In this document: positions 17,616 through 26,923 of the stretch, piece by piece
Numbering within the stretch: the first letter of the stretch is position 1
How the letters are laid out: each line of letters opens with the position of its first letter
From: Chloroflexota bacterium
GTDB taxonomy: Bacteria > Chloroflexota > Anaerolineae > Aggregatilineales > Phototrophicaceae
Assembly (NCBI GenBank): GCA_026708115.1
Contig: JAPOVL010000050.1
Location: 156,876-220,875 of the forward strand
Reading direction: 5' to 3'
Length of the DNA: 64,000 nt
The notes under the pieces: model-generated
The model's database searches: none
What the model was told of the DNA's origin: nothing
Seen by the model: the letters and a program-made list of their open reading frames with translations, nothing else
Made by a program: the position numbers and the translations under genes

Positions 17616-18731
17616 TCAGCTGGATTCCTTGAGTATAGCCCGCAAGGCGCCCAGGAAGGCTTGGTTGGCTTCTCTTGTGCCCAGGCTCAGCCGGACAGCA
17701 TTGGGCAATTCGTTCCGCGTTTGCGCGCGCAGCAAGAAGCCGCGTTCCAATAGCGCCCGCTGCAAATCATCCCCCGGCATGTGGGTTTCGAACATAACAA
17801 AATTCGCCGCCGGCTTCCAATAGCGGATGCCCATCCGCTCCAATTCAGCGCAGACCCATCTGGCCTCCGCTCTCAGATAACTGACGACCTTATGGACATG
17901 TTCTTGATCGCCGCAGGCCGCGATGCCAGCAGCCAGCGCCAGCTTGTTCTGATGAAATCCACGATGCAGGCCCGCGATGTAGTTGGCAAGATCAGGTTTG
18001 GCAATGCCATAGCCGAGACGCAGCCCAGCCAGACCGTATGCCTTGGAAAAGCTGTGTACGACCACGATATTCTTGCCTTCGAGTACGTAGCGAAGTGAAT
18101 CGGGGTATGCGGGATCGTCGACAAAATGGTGATACACCTCGTCCGCAACTACCAAGACGTGTTCGGGGATACCGCGCATCAGGGCGTCCATCGACTCCGA
18201 GGGCATCACGGTTCCCGTCGGATTGTTGGGATTGCACAGCATGATCAGCCGAGTTCCTTCGTTGATCGCTTCCAGCACCGCATCGACTCGATACGCGAAT
18301 GAATCGGGCGCCAGCGGCACATCCACGACCCTTGCTCCCAAAGGTTCGGAGATTTTCTTGTAAGCGCCGGTGAAGGTCGGCGAGCACAGAATCAGTTCGT
18401 CTCCCGGTCTCAAGAATCCGCGCGCGATCAATTCCAGAGACTCGAAGCCGCTGCAACCGGTGTAGATATGTTCCGTCGTCAAGCCGCGTCCCAGTACCCT
18501 AACGATCGCTTGTCGAAGTCCTATGTCCGAGTAATCCGGGTAGTAGGAAAGCGTTGGAGCAACGGCGCCAATAGCGTCAATCACTCTTGGAGAGGGGCCC
18601 AGCGGATTCTCGTTGTTTGCCAATTGGTAAATCTTGCTTATGCCATGCTTTTCTTGCAGGTCTTCCAACGAGTCGCGCTTACCAGCGCGCGCGAAAGGCT
18701 GGATATCCGGGTTGGTTGTGAGTTGGCTCAT
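17616..18731 (-). CDS. histidinol-phosphate aminotransferase family (class II PLP aminotransferase)
   Basis: 371 aa with LANNENPLGPSP, NPNNPTG and SFSKAYGLAGLRLGY (PLP lysine). Confidence 0.8.
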   Translation of the reverse strand: MSQLTTNPDIQPFARAGKRDSLEDLQEKHGISKIYQLANNENPLGPSPRVIDAIGAVAPTLSYYPDYSDIGLRQAIVRVLGRGLTTEHIYTGCSGFESLELIARGFLRPGDELILCSPTFTGAYKKISEPLGARVVDVPLAPDSFAYRVDAVLEAINEGTRLIMLCNPNNPTGTVMPSESMDALMRGIPEHVLVVADEVYHHFVDDPAYPDSLRYVLEGKNIVVVHSFSKAYGLAGLRLGYGIAKPDLANYIAGLHRGFHQNKLALAAGIAACGDQEHVHKVVSYLRAEARWVCAELERMGIRYWKPAANFVMFETHMPGDDLQRALLERGFLLRAQTRNELPNAVRLSLGTREANQAFLGALRAILKESS

Positions 18732-18838
18732 TTGGCGCTTTCTTGCTTCGCTAAATCAATGATTTATTCCGAGATCTGGACTATATGAACAAACTGCCCG
18801 CACCGCGCCTGATATGCGCTCCGCTGAGACGGCCCCGC

Positions 18839-19243
18839 TCACTGCTTCTTTTCCAATAACATCGAAGAGCCGCCTTTATGGCGGAAACCGAAGCGCGCGT
18901 AAAAACCGCTCAAGCCAGTCGCGCAATCCAGCATGACCTGCTCTACATGTTGCAGTCTTTTGAGCAGCTTGTCCAGCATCGTCGAGGCGATGCCCTGACC
19001 GCGGAACCCCATGTCGACAACCAAGTCGTCAATCAAGGCGCGATACATATCGTCCGTTATGACGCGCGAAAAAGCGATCAATCGGTCTTCGTTCCAGACG
19101 CCCAGCGTGATTTGGCTGCGGTCGAGCATGCGCTGTATATCCAATGGGGAACGCGTATCCGCCCAATCGGTCTGTCCCAGCAGCACGTGCAGCGCTTCGG
19201 GATTGATCGGCTCCGTAAACGAATAGATGTAGGGTTTGCTCAT
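18839..19243 (-). CDS. GNAT family N-acetyltransferase
   Basis: It has the acetyl-CoA motif VVDMGFRGQGIASTML and YARFGF. The ATG at 19243 has GGAGAAGG upstream. The track ORF starts 11 codons earlier, at 19276. Confidence 0.8.
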   Translation of the reverse strand: MSKPYIYSFTEPINPEALHVLLGQTDWADTRSPLDIQRMLDRSQITLGVWNEDRLIAFSRVITDDMYRALIDDLVVDMGFRGQGIASTMLDKLLKRLQHVEQVMLDCATGLSGFYARFGFRHKGGSSMLLEKKQ

Positions 19244-19481
19244 GGTGATGCCTTCTCCGGTCTTGGCTTGGTCCAAACGCGCTCCGCTATTAGATCGTAG
19301 CGAATGCGAGAATACAATTATGATAGCGCGCTCTTACTTGGTCGAAAGCGAACTTGTGCACCTAGCATAGAATTCCACGAGCGACTCCGCAAGGTCTTGG
19401 AGGGCGCAGATCGGGTTTTTCGATAGTACAAGCCAGTGCTAAAATGAATATGTTCCGGGCCAAGCAAAAGGAGTGTAGGTC

Positions 19482-20699
19482 TTGGCGTCAGCGCGCTGGA
19501 ATTCTTTCATTCAGTTTCTCTGCGAGATTTATCAACTGCCTGGCGATCTTCGGCAGTCCGCTGTCGACGAGCTTTTGTCGACCCACAGTGAATGGCCCTG
19601 GGTCGAGCGCGATCGCGCCACCTTTGTCTACGATTCCTTGACGGCGCATCGGGTCTCGGTCAACATCGATATTGTGAATCGGGATCCGCCCTTTGAGAAT
19701 CTCGTCAGGCTGGACGATACTTCGCTCTGGTATTTCCAGCGCTACTTTGACCGCGATGCCCTGGTCGACTATATGTTCGCGATTGATGATCCGGGCACGC
19801 CGCTTGCGCAAGAAGTCAACTTGCTTGATCGCGTGGAACGCTTTTGGGAGGCCGACCCGCTTAATGCCCTGACCGTGCATACGGCCCAGGTCAGTACCTC
19901 CGTCTTGCAGATGCCGCGGGCGCGTCCCGTCCCCAAATGGCAAGCGATGACTGCCGTGCCGCGCGGGCATGTCTATCGTCATCGCTTCAGCTCGACGCAT
20001 TTGGCATTCGACGATCGCAATCTGTGGGTATATACGCCGCCCGGTTACGATCCCAGTTCCAGCCACGTTTACCCTCTGCTGATCTTGATGGACGGCCAAT
20101 GGGCGCTGAACGTCCTGGAAGTGCCCTATATCGCCGATGCGCTGATCAAGCATGGGCGTATGGAACCGGTGATTATTGCCATGCTCGCGGCTGGCAGCAA
20201 ATCCGAGCGCGTGACGGAGTACATTGGAAACGACAATCACTATGCCCTGGTGGTTGCGGAACTGCTGCCCTTTTTGCAGACCGAACACCGCATAGAGCCG
20301 GTCAATCTGGGATTGGGCGGCGTCGGCGAAGGCGCCGTCGCGGCGGCTCACGCGGCCCTCAAGAACCCGGCAATATTCGCCCATTTGATCATGATTTCGC
20401 CACCATTGGGGGGGAAGCCGGCCCTGCACAAACTGCGAGAATATGCCGAACGCTTTCGCGATTCTCCGCTGCTGCCTCGCCGGATCTTTCATTCTGTCGG
20501 CCGCTACGAGCAAGACATACGCTTCTATCAGCCGGCTTTGGCGCTGCGCGGGATACTGGAACGGCGGATGGGACACGATCCCGACCTGCAATACAAGTTC
20601 GTCGAGTTGGGCAGTGGCCACAGCCTGGTTGCCTTCAAGAGCGTCATGCCGGAAGCGCTGGCGCATGTCTTCCCGGCACCGGCCAGCCAAACTCCCTGA
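19482..20699 (+). CDS. esterase family alpha/beta hydrolase (enterochelin-esterase-like)
   Basis: 405 aa. It has an N-terminal beta-sandwich-like part (VERDRATFVY) followed by an esterase core (YPLLILMDGQ, GLGGVGEGAVAA, SGH). AAGGAG lies 8 nt before the TTG start. Confidence 0.7.
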   Translation: MASARWNSFIQFLCEIYQLPGDLRQSAVDELLSTHSEWPWVERDRATFVYDSLTAHRVSVNIDIVNRDPPFENLVRLDDTSLWYFQRYFDRDALVDYMFAIDDPGTPLAQEVNLLDRVERFWEADPLNALTVHTAQVSTSVLQMPRARPVPKWQAMTAVPRGHVYRHRFSSTHLAFDDRNLWVYTPPGYDPSSSHVYPLLILMDGQWALNVLEVPYIADALIKHGRMEPVIIAMLAAGSKSERVTEYIGNDNHYALVVAELLPFLQTEHRIEPVNLGLGGVGEGAVAAAHAALKNPAIFAHLIMISPPLGGKPALHKLREYAERFRDSPLLPRRIFHSVGRYEQDIRFYQPALALRGILERRMGHDPDLQYKFVELGSGHSLVAFKSVMPEALAHVFPAPASQTP

Positions 20700-20724
20700 G
20701 CCAGACAGCGAGAGAACCGACCGC

Positions 20725-21549
20725 ATGGGAATCCTTTACGTCGTGCCAACGCCGATCGGGAACCTCGAGGACATTACCTTGCGCGCCTTGCGCATCTTGC
20801 GCGAGGCATCCTTGATCGCCGCGGAAGATACACGCACATCGCGTGTGCTGACGCGGCATTTTGACATCGCGACGCCCATGACGAGCTATCACGAACACAA
20901 CAAGCTGTCCAAGCTGGATCAGATTCTGTCCGCCCTCGCGACCGGTGATGTAGCCCTGATATCGGATGCCGGCACGCCCGGGATCTCTGATCCCGGTTCG
21001 GAACTGATTCGAGAAGCGATTGCCCGGGGCTATGACGTGGTTCCCTTGCCAGGCGCCAGCGCCATCACTGCCGCTTTGGTCGGCTCCGGCATGCTGATGG
21101 ACCGTTTCCTGTTTCTGGGATTCCTGCCGCGCAAGGCCTCCGCTCTTAAGGCGCTGCTAGGCCAACTCGCGAACGAGCCCGGTACGATCATCGCCTATGA
21201 AAGTCCCTACCGATTGACTGACTCTTTGCAAGCGATCGCAGAAGTTCTGGGTGGCGGCAGAGCTGTTTGCGTCGCGCGTGAAATCAGCAAGAAGTTCGAG
21301 CAGTTTTATCGCGGCTCTGCGGGGGAAGCTTGTGACTACTTTCTTCGAGAGAATCCGCGCGGGGAAGTGACCTTGCTGATTGCCGGCGCTCCACCCACAG
21401 AGAGCCGCTGGCCGGACGAGCAAGTCATCGTTGCCCTGAATGAGCGGATATCCGCGGGCGAAAGCCTGTCGGCAGCGGCCAAAGCGCTTGCCAAAGAGGC
21501 GGGCTGGTCCAAGAGCGATGTTTACCAGTTGGGCATCAAGAAGGATTGA
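20725..21549 (+). CDS. rsmI: 16S rRNA (cytidine1402-2'-O)-methyltransferase
   Basis: MGILYVVPTPIGNLEDITLRALRIL......AAEDTR, SDAGTPGISDPG. The ATG at 20725 gives the canonical N-terminus. The track ORF (20443) reads through upstream. Confidence 0.9.
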   Translation: MGILYVVPTPIGNLEDITLRALRILREASLIAAEDTRTSRVLTRHFDIATPMTSYHEHNKLSKLDQILSALATGDVALISDAGTPGISDPGSELIREAIARGYDVVPLPGASAITAALVGSGMLMDRFLFLGFLPRKASALKALLGQLANEPGTIIAYESPYRLTDSLQAIAEVLGGGRAVCVAREISKKFEQFYRGSAGEACDYFLRENPRGEVTLLIAGAPPTESRWPDEQVIVALNERISAGESLSAAAKALAKEAGWSKSDVYQLGIKKD

Positions 21550-21552
21550 CTG

Positions 21553-23268
21553 TCAGTTGTTGCCGCGTCCCACGCTTGCCGCATCCACTTCTATGCCGTC
21601 GTCGCCGAGCTTGTCACGTAGCGCCTGCCATTGGTCTTGGCGGATGACGCAGGACATGGGACCGAGGCGCGCGCCTAAATGCCGTCGAAGAGCCGGCATG
21701 GCGAAAATCTTGTCCAGCACCTCTTCGTTGTTGCTGCGCAAGATTATGTGTGATTCAAAACTCACCGTGGTCTTGGCGCCATCTTGCCAGTTGCGCAGCA
21801 ACTTGACGATCGGGATGGGAATCGGCTTCCCGTCCAGCTGTCGCAGCAGGAAAGCTTGAATGTGCTGCACGTTGATGCCCTGGGCGCTAGCGCGCTGGAT
21901 ACTGTCCGCGTCAAGCCGGTATATATATGGATCGCCCGCCTGTTCCCAGCGAGCGAAGCGCGCCAGTTGAAAGCGCTCGAAGCGATTGACGCGGCGCGAC
22001 GCCAGCAAGGCGCCGTCGTTGCGTATCTCAATTGGGTCGGGCTGGTCTGGGGGGGAGGGCCAATCCTGAATATCCAGAAAGGCGCGTCCGTAGGCGGTCA
22101 AACGCACCACGTCTTCGCCAATATCGACCAAGCCCAACCAATACATCGGACCCACCACATAGAATTCGATCAATGAGCCCTCTACCGCGTCCCAACTCTC
22201 AAATCCGTTGAGAAACTCGCCAGCCGCGTTGCGAATGTACCAACTGTCGTAATCGCCATCCGGGCGTTGAAAATCCGGCTCGATCTCCTTGATCACGTCG
22301 ATCAGGTCGTTGACCGAAACCCAGCCTTGCTCGGGCAGCAACTCGGCGAAGAGGCTCATAATAGCGTCGCGGGCCCCGGCCGGGTCATAGGACCAGCCGG
22401 AATCATCGGGAAAAAGGCCGGGAATATGCCACAAATCGCGGTAGGTCCGGCTCTCCAGCCATGCTAGCGCCAGCAGCCGGATTTGCTCCGCGCGCGTTGC
22501 CGATAGAAAGCTGCGGACCTCATTGCGCCGCGGATAGGCCTGGCCGTCCTGCGAAGTGATGAGAGCTGCGCTGATGCCCAGCCCGACCAGGAAGTCCAGA
22601 CGGATTGAGCTGTCATGGAAGACATGCGGCATCAACGCTTCTACGGCCTGATGGGAAAGTCCCTCATCCTCCATTTCGACCTTGTTTGCTTGGGTGAACG
22701 CCAACAAGCTGGTAAGGTCGTCGATGATTGAGGTATCGGCCGAGCTTATACCTTGTACGTCGTCAATCGTGGGCAGGGACGGCAAGTCAGCGGAAGACGA
22801 ATCTTCGATCTCGATATGTTCATAACTTGTTTTGTGCAGGGGCAACGCCTCCGCCAGATCCGGCGGTACGTAAAAGAAGCCTATGAGGTTGTCGTCGACT
22901 TTGTCGTATCCTTCGCTGATGAAGCCCCGGTAATATAGCGTTTCGGCAATGCTTTGACCATGCAGATGGGGCTGTTCCTTTATTATCTGCGCGCGTCCCA
23001 GTTTTCGAACTTTGCCATAAAAGCGCTCGAACTGGCCCATCTTCATGCGTTGCCGCCCGCTGCTAACCAGCAATTGCAAAGCGCTGCGGGCGCTATCGTC
23101 GAGCTTGTCCCAGGCTGCCTCCGACGACTGCGGATCGAGCATGGCACGGTGCAACTGTGGGATTATCGCCTCATCGACCAGGCTTTTGCTGGCGATCCCC
23201 CAAGTTTCCGCCAGAGCAGGAAGCATGCCGGGGTCGTAGTCATTCAGGGTCGCGAGCAGGTCTCTCAT
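21553..23268 (-). CDS. hypothetical 571-aa protein with a C-terminal XPB damage-recognition-domain-like (helicase-associated) module
   Basis: The long ORF is well supported. The segment IEIRNDGALLASRR..FERFQLARFARWEQAGDPYIYRLDADSIQRASAQGINVQHIQAFLL....KPIPIPIVKLLRNW resembles, from memory, the N-terminal DRD of bacterial XPB and its helicase-associated partners. No ATPase motifs are present. Confidence 0.55.
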   Translation of the reverse strand: MRDLLATLNDYDPGMLPALAETWGIASKSLVDEAIIPQLHRAMLDPQSSEAAWDKLDDSARSALQLLVSSGRQRMKMGQFERFYGKVRKLGRAQIIKEQPHLHGQSIAETLYYRGFISEGYDKVDDNLIGFFYVPPDLAEALPLHKTSYEHIEIEDSSSADLPSLPTIDDVQGISSADTSIIDDLTSLLAFTQANKVEMEDEGLSHQAVEALMPHVFHDSSIRLDFLVGLGISAALITSQDGQAYPRRNEVRSFLSATRAEQIRLLALAWLESRTYRDLWHIPGLFPDDSGWSYDPAGARDAIMSLFAELLPEQGWVSVNDLIDVIKEIEPDFQRPDGDYDSWYIRNAAGEFLNGFESWDAVEGSLIEFYVVGPMYWLGLVDIGEDVVRLTAYGRAFLDIQDWPSPPDQPDPIEIRNDGALLASRRVNRFERFQLARFARWEQAGDPYIYRLDADSIQRASAQGINVQHIQAFLLRQLDGKPIPIPIVKLLRNWQDGAKTTVSFESHIILRSNNEEVLDKIFAMPALRRHLGARLGPMSCVIRQDQWQALRDKLGDDGIEVDAASVGRGNN

Positions 23269-23639
23269 TTTTGCAGTGTGCCTTCGCCCACCAGCACGGC
23301 ATAGATATCGAAGTGGTATGCGAATTTCTTATGATCGAGAATGCTGAAGATGATGCGTGTTGCGGCCTGGCACGTCGGACAGTGAAAATCGACATTGCTC
23401 TGTTCCTCAGTGGGCAGATCAGGCGTGAAATCATCGAGAATCCGACGAAGCTGGCGGGGCATTGGCGAGCGTCCATCGGCTCGGTAGAAACTTCGCCATC
23501 GAAAACGGATGCGATGCCCGCAGCGCGGGCAAGTGTAGATGCAAGCGCCGGCCACGCGGTTGCGGAAGCCTTCCCCATCCAGCAATCCCCGCATGACCGC
23601 TTCTGGTTCATAGTGGTCGATAACGACGCTTTTTGCCAT
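23265..23639 (-). CDS. zinc-ribbon protein (124 aa)
   Basis: It has two CxxC pairs (CPRCGHRIRF and CPTCQAATRI). Its stop overlaps the next gene's start in an ATGA at 23265-23268. Confidence 0.55.
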   Translation of the reverse strand: MAKSVVIDHYEPEAVMRGLLDGEGFRNRVAGACIYTCPRCGHRIRFRWRSFYRADGRSPMPRQLRRILDDFTPDLPTEEQSNVDFHCPTCQAATRIIFSILDHKKFAYHFDIYAVLVGEGTLQK

Positions 23640-23794
23640 CTCCGCCGGCGCTCCAGTTCACTTCAATGATAGCATATTTCGCGACTCATCTTGCCATAGG
23701 CGCGGCCATCGTGGCGACTCGACCCGTTGCTCGTGGACACGCAAAATTATCGACCACAACCCAAGGAAAATTGTTACTGCGCGGCCTGTGAATC

Positions 23795-24700
23795 CTAGCG
23801 CACGATAAGCTTCCCTTGTCCCACATAGACGCAAGCGCCGCCAACTGTCACGTCCGTGAACTCGCCTCCCTGCCTGACCACGCTTATGTTGATGAAACTG
23901 GGACGGCCCATTTCGATACCTTGTTCGCTGACCATTTCCCGGCTCTCAACCAAGCCATATTTCAGCAAGTAGACGCCCAGCGGCCCACTCGCCGACCCGG
24001 TCGCCGGATCTTCGGCGACGCCCAATGCGGGCGCGAACATCCGGCTATGTACAGTCGAGCCCGGATTTTCCGTTTCGGTTGTGCTGACAAAGACATTTTC
24101 GCCCGGCTTGCCCAGCAGCAACTCTTGCCACAGGTCTAGGCGCAAGTTGACTCGCCGTATCGCCTCCAGGGACTTGACCACCACATAGAGAAATGGCAGA
24201 CCATTGCTTAGAACCTGCACGGGAGCCTTGGGGTGAAGATCCCTCAGCCGCAGCGATAGCATCTGCGCAATGGCCTCGCGGTCTTCGTAAATATCGAGGA
24301 ATTGCGGAACCGGCTGTCGCATCAACACCTTATCGGGATTCCCGTCTTCATCGCTCTCTACTGTAACTTGAATCGGGCCAATGCCCTCCTCGAATGTCAA
24401 TGTGCCTGACTTTCCGATCGCCTCAATCATGCCCAGATACGCCAGCAAAAAGGCGGTCCCGACTGTCGGATGACCGGCCATCGGCAATTCCCGGGCCGGC
24501 GTGAATATTCGCACTCGAAAGTCATTTTGATCATCCGCGGGCGGAAAGACAAAAGTAACTTCAGAGAGATTCATCTCTTTGGCGATCAGTTGCATCGTGC
24601 TGGCTGGGAGGTCGAGCGGCGGATCGGCGAAGACCGCCAATTGATTCCCGCCGAAAGGCTGATTGCTGAAGACGTCAAGCAGGTGATAGTCTAGATGCAT
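23795..24700 (-). CDS. PhzF family isomerase
   Basis: LDVFSNQPFGGNQLAVF, E..FV, GHPTVGTAF and DPATGSA are present. The start is taken at the ATG at 24698-24700 (MHLDYHLLDVF). The track ORF extends to 24757. Confidence 0.85.
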   Translation of the reverse strand: MHLDYHLLDVFSNQPFGGNQLAVFADPPLDLPASTMQLIAKEMNLSEVTFVFPPADDQNDFRVRIFTPARELPMAGHPTVGTAFLLAYLGMIEAIGKSGTLTFEEGIGPIQVTVESDEDGNPDKVLMRQPVPQFLDIYEDREAIAQMLSLRLRDLHPKAPVQVLSNGLPFLYVVVKSLEAIRRVNLRLDLWQELLLGKPGENVFVSTTETENPGSTVHSRMFAPALGVAEDPATGSASGPLGVYLLKYGLVESREMVSEQGIEMGRPSFINISVVRQGGEFTDVTVGGACVYVGQGKLIVR

Positions 24701-24919
24701 AGGCTTTGCTGCTCCCCAGTGTAGTTCGGGCAGATTCTCGCGCTCATTGTATATCAAGGTTGTTCAAAGCGGGAATATCGCGGGACGTCCCTGGCCAATC
24801 AACGAAGCTTGTCGATCGCCCGTGTAGCCTGTCTACGGTTCGACCCGACAATTGTTTCAGATGATTGCATAGTGTATTGAAGTCGGTTGAATTTATGAAC
24901 AACAAGCGCCTGACAGCCG

Positions 24920-25016
24920 GTAGGGGCGATCGAAGGTCAGTGTCTACGCGACCCGCTGGATCGCCCGACGCGTAGAAACTGAATGAGTATCGTGTGACTC
25001 GCCGAGTCGCCCCTAC
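24920..25016. repeat. nested hairpin built from family B and C modules
   Basis: GTAGGGGCGA (24920-29) pairs with TCGCCCCTAC (25007-16). GGGCGATC (24923-30) can alternatively pair with GATCGCCC (24959-66). Inside, TCAGTGTCTACGCG (24937-50) pairs with CGCGTAGAAACTGA (24969-82), 13 of 14 positions. Confidence 0.85.
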
Positions 25017-25018
25017 AA

Positions 25019-25404
25019 GGCTTGTCCGCTACTGAAGATCTTACTCATAGATAACAAGAATAATACCGAAACAATACAAAAAAATTGGCGATTCTTGCGA
25101 AAATCGGCAAATTATTACGAAATCCGCCAAGTTTAGCTCCCCTTCCTCCAATGCTTTGGGATACTTCCCCCGTGAGGCGCTGAGGACATGACAGCTTTGA
25201 TCCGATTGGCTATGAAAGCGACCGGACAAAGATCACAAGCATCTTATTGGGCGAAAATTGTAGGGGCGACTCTGTGAGTCGCCCGAAATCGCCACAGAAA
25301 TTACAGGTTTTGCAGCGGTATTCCGCCAAGTTAAAACCTGTCATGTCCTCAGCCGGGGGATGGGGGTAGAAAAGGCGGCATTTGGGCGGAGTAGCGGACA
25401 AGCC
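25019..25404. mobile_element. MITE-like element, family A, copy 2
   Basis: GGCTTGTCCGCTACT (25019-33) and AGTAGCGGACAAGCC (25390-404), flanked by TACA on both sides. It also has an internal 13-bp inverted repeat, GAGGACATGACAG / CTGTCATGTCCTC. Confidence 0.8.
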
Positions 25405-25488
25405 TTACAGACCGTTGGTATTTTGGGTTAAGGATCCCATGCCGAGGACTGGCGAAAATTGTTTCAACCGAAAAAGATACACTACCGA

Positions 25489-25747
25489 CAGAGCAATCGC
25501 ACCAAAACCAATAACTGTCGAATGTCGCATAAATCTAGCAAAATGTAGGGGCGACATACTATGTCGCCCATGAATATAGCAATAAAATCGCGGGAGTTTC
25601 AGCGGGTCGTATAGGTCGCGTAGACGCTGACCGTCAAATGGCCTCCTTTTTTCGCATGCAAGCGGTTAAATCTCGGTGATCTCGGTGTCGAAGGGCAGTG
25701 TCTACGCGACCCTCGGTGGTTAAGAAAAATCTGGTGCGATTGCTCTG
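25489..25747. mobile_element. MITE with perfect 15-bp terminal inverted repeats and a 9-bp target-site duplication
   Basis: CAGAGCAATCGCACC (25489-503) pairs with GGTGCGATTGCTCTG (25733-47). The direct repeat CACTACCGA is immediately outside both ends (25480-88 and 25748-56). The element is 259 bp and non-coding, and it carries B and C modules inside. Confidence 0.9.
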
Positions 25748-25817
25748 CACTACCGATGATTCAGTTGAAGTGCCGACGAGTTCGTAGTAAGCTGAATGTC
25801 CTTGGAGGTGAATCCCT

Positions 25818-26906
25818 ATGCAGATCAATTATCAAGAACGTCTGGACAACTTGCTGGAACAAACCGGCGCAGACACGGTGGCCATGGTGCCGGGCGAGAA
25901 CATGGTCTATTTCACCGGCTTGCACTTTCATCTATCGGAACGTCCGATCCTAGCGCTGTATAACCGGCTTGGCTTGTCGCTAATCATTCCCGAATTGGAG
26001 GTCGCCAAGCTCGAAGCGCGGCCCGATCTGGAAGCGCGCCGATTCATGTGGACGGACCGTGACGGCTATGACAATGCCTTTCGAGACTCGGTCGCAGACT
26101 TGGCGCTCAAGGACAATCCAATTGCCATGGATGGGCAGACACTGCGCCTCTTTGAATGGCTGGCATTGAACAGGGCAGGACTTTCTGCCGATCAAGCGCT
26201 TGACGTCGGCGACCTGTTCTTGACCTTGCGCGCCCGCAAGGCGCCGGAAGAAATTGCCAGCATGCGCAAGGCAATCGAAATCAGCGAAAAGGCATTGGCT
26301 GCGACCATGGACTGGGCGCGGCCCGGGATGACCGAGCGGCAAATCGCTGACAGATTGTCAGCCGAAATGCTGGAGCGTGGCGCGCAGGGAGTGCCCTTCA
26401 TGCTGGTATTGACCGGTGAGAAGAGCGGCTTGCCACATGGCGATACCGGTGATCGCGTTTGGGGCGCAGATGAGTTCCTGCTCATCGACTTCGGCGCGCG
26501 CTTCCAGGATTACCCGGCGGATATCACGCGCACCTTTTGCGTCGGGCAGCCGACCGAGCAGATGCGCGCTATGTATGAGGCGGTATACGGCGCAAATAAG
26601 GCCGCCCGCGAATTTGCGCGACCGGGCGTCACTTGTGAAGCGGTGGATCGTGTCGCCCGCGATGTCATAGAGGCTGCGGGATTGGGCGAGTATTTCATCC
26701 ATCGCTTGGGACATGGCCTGGGACTCAGCGTACACGAGTTGCCCAACATAGTGGCGGGCAATCGACAGGAACTGCTGCCGGGCATGGTCTTCACCATCGA
26801 ACCTGGCGTTTATATTCCCGGCCTTGGCGGTGTGCGCATCGAAGACAATGTCCTGGTCACCGAAGATGGCTTGGATGTCCTGACGACATTCCCGCGCGAA
26901 CTGTAG
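25818..26906 (+). CDS. M24 family Xaa-Pro aminopeptidase
   Basis: 362 aa with the metal ligands in DFGARFQDYPADITRT, HRLGHGLGLSVHE, TIEPG and RIED. GGAGG lies 9 nt upstream. Confidence 0.9.
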   Translation: MQINYQERLDNLLEQTGADTVAMVPGENMVYFTGLHFHLSERPILALYNRLGLSLIIPELEVAKLEARPDLEARRFMWTDRDGYDNAFRDSVADLALKDNPIAMDGQTLRLFEWLALNRAGLSADQALDVGDLFLTLRARKAPEEIASMRKAIEISEKALAATMDWARPGMTERQIADRLSAEMLERGAQGVPFMLVLTGEKSGLPHGDTGDRVWGADEFLLIDFGARFQDYPADITRTFCVGQPTEQMRAMYEAVYGANKAAREFARPGVTCEAVDRVARDVIEAAGLGEYFIHRLGHGLGLSVHELPNIVAGNRQELLPGMVFTIEPGVYIPGLGGVRIEDNVLVTEDGLDVLTTFPREL

Positions 26907-26923
26907 CCCTTCTCAACTCCCTT

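Noticed and set aside
19488-20726. 412-aa minus-strand ORF antisense to the esterase gene. The 292-aa + ORF 19937-20815 is a similar case.
   Set aside because: They are Arg/Gly/Gln-rich with no motifs. The + frame 19482-20699 has a coherent esterase-like sequence with an SD. These are shadow ORFs.
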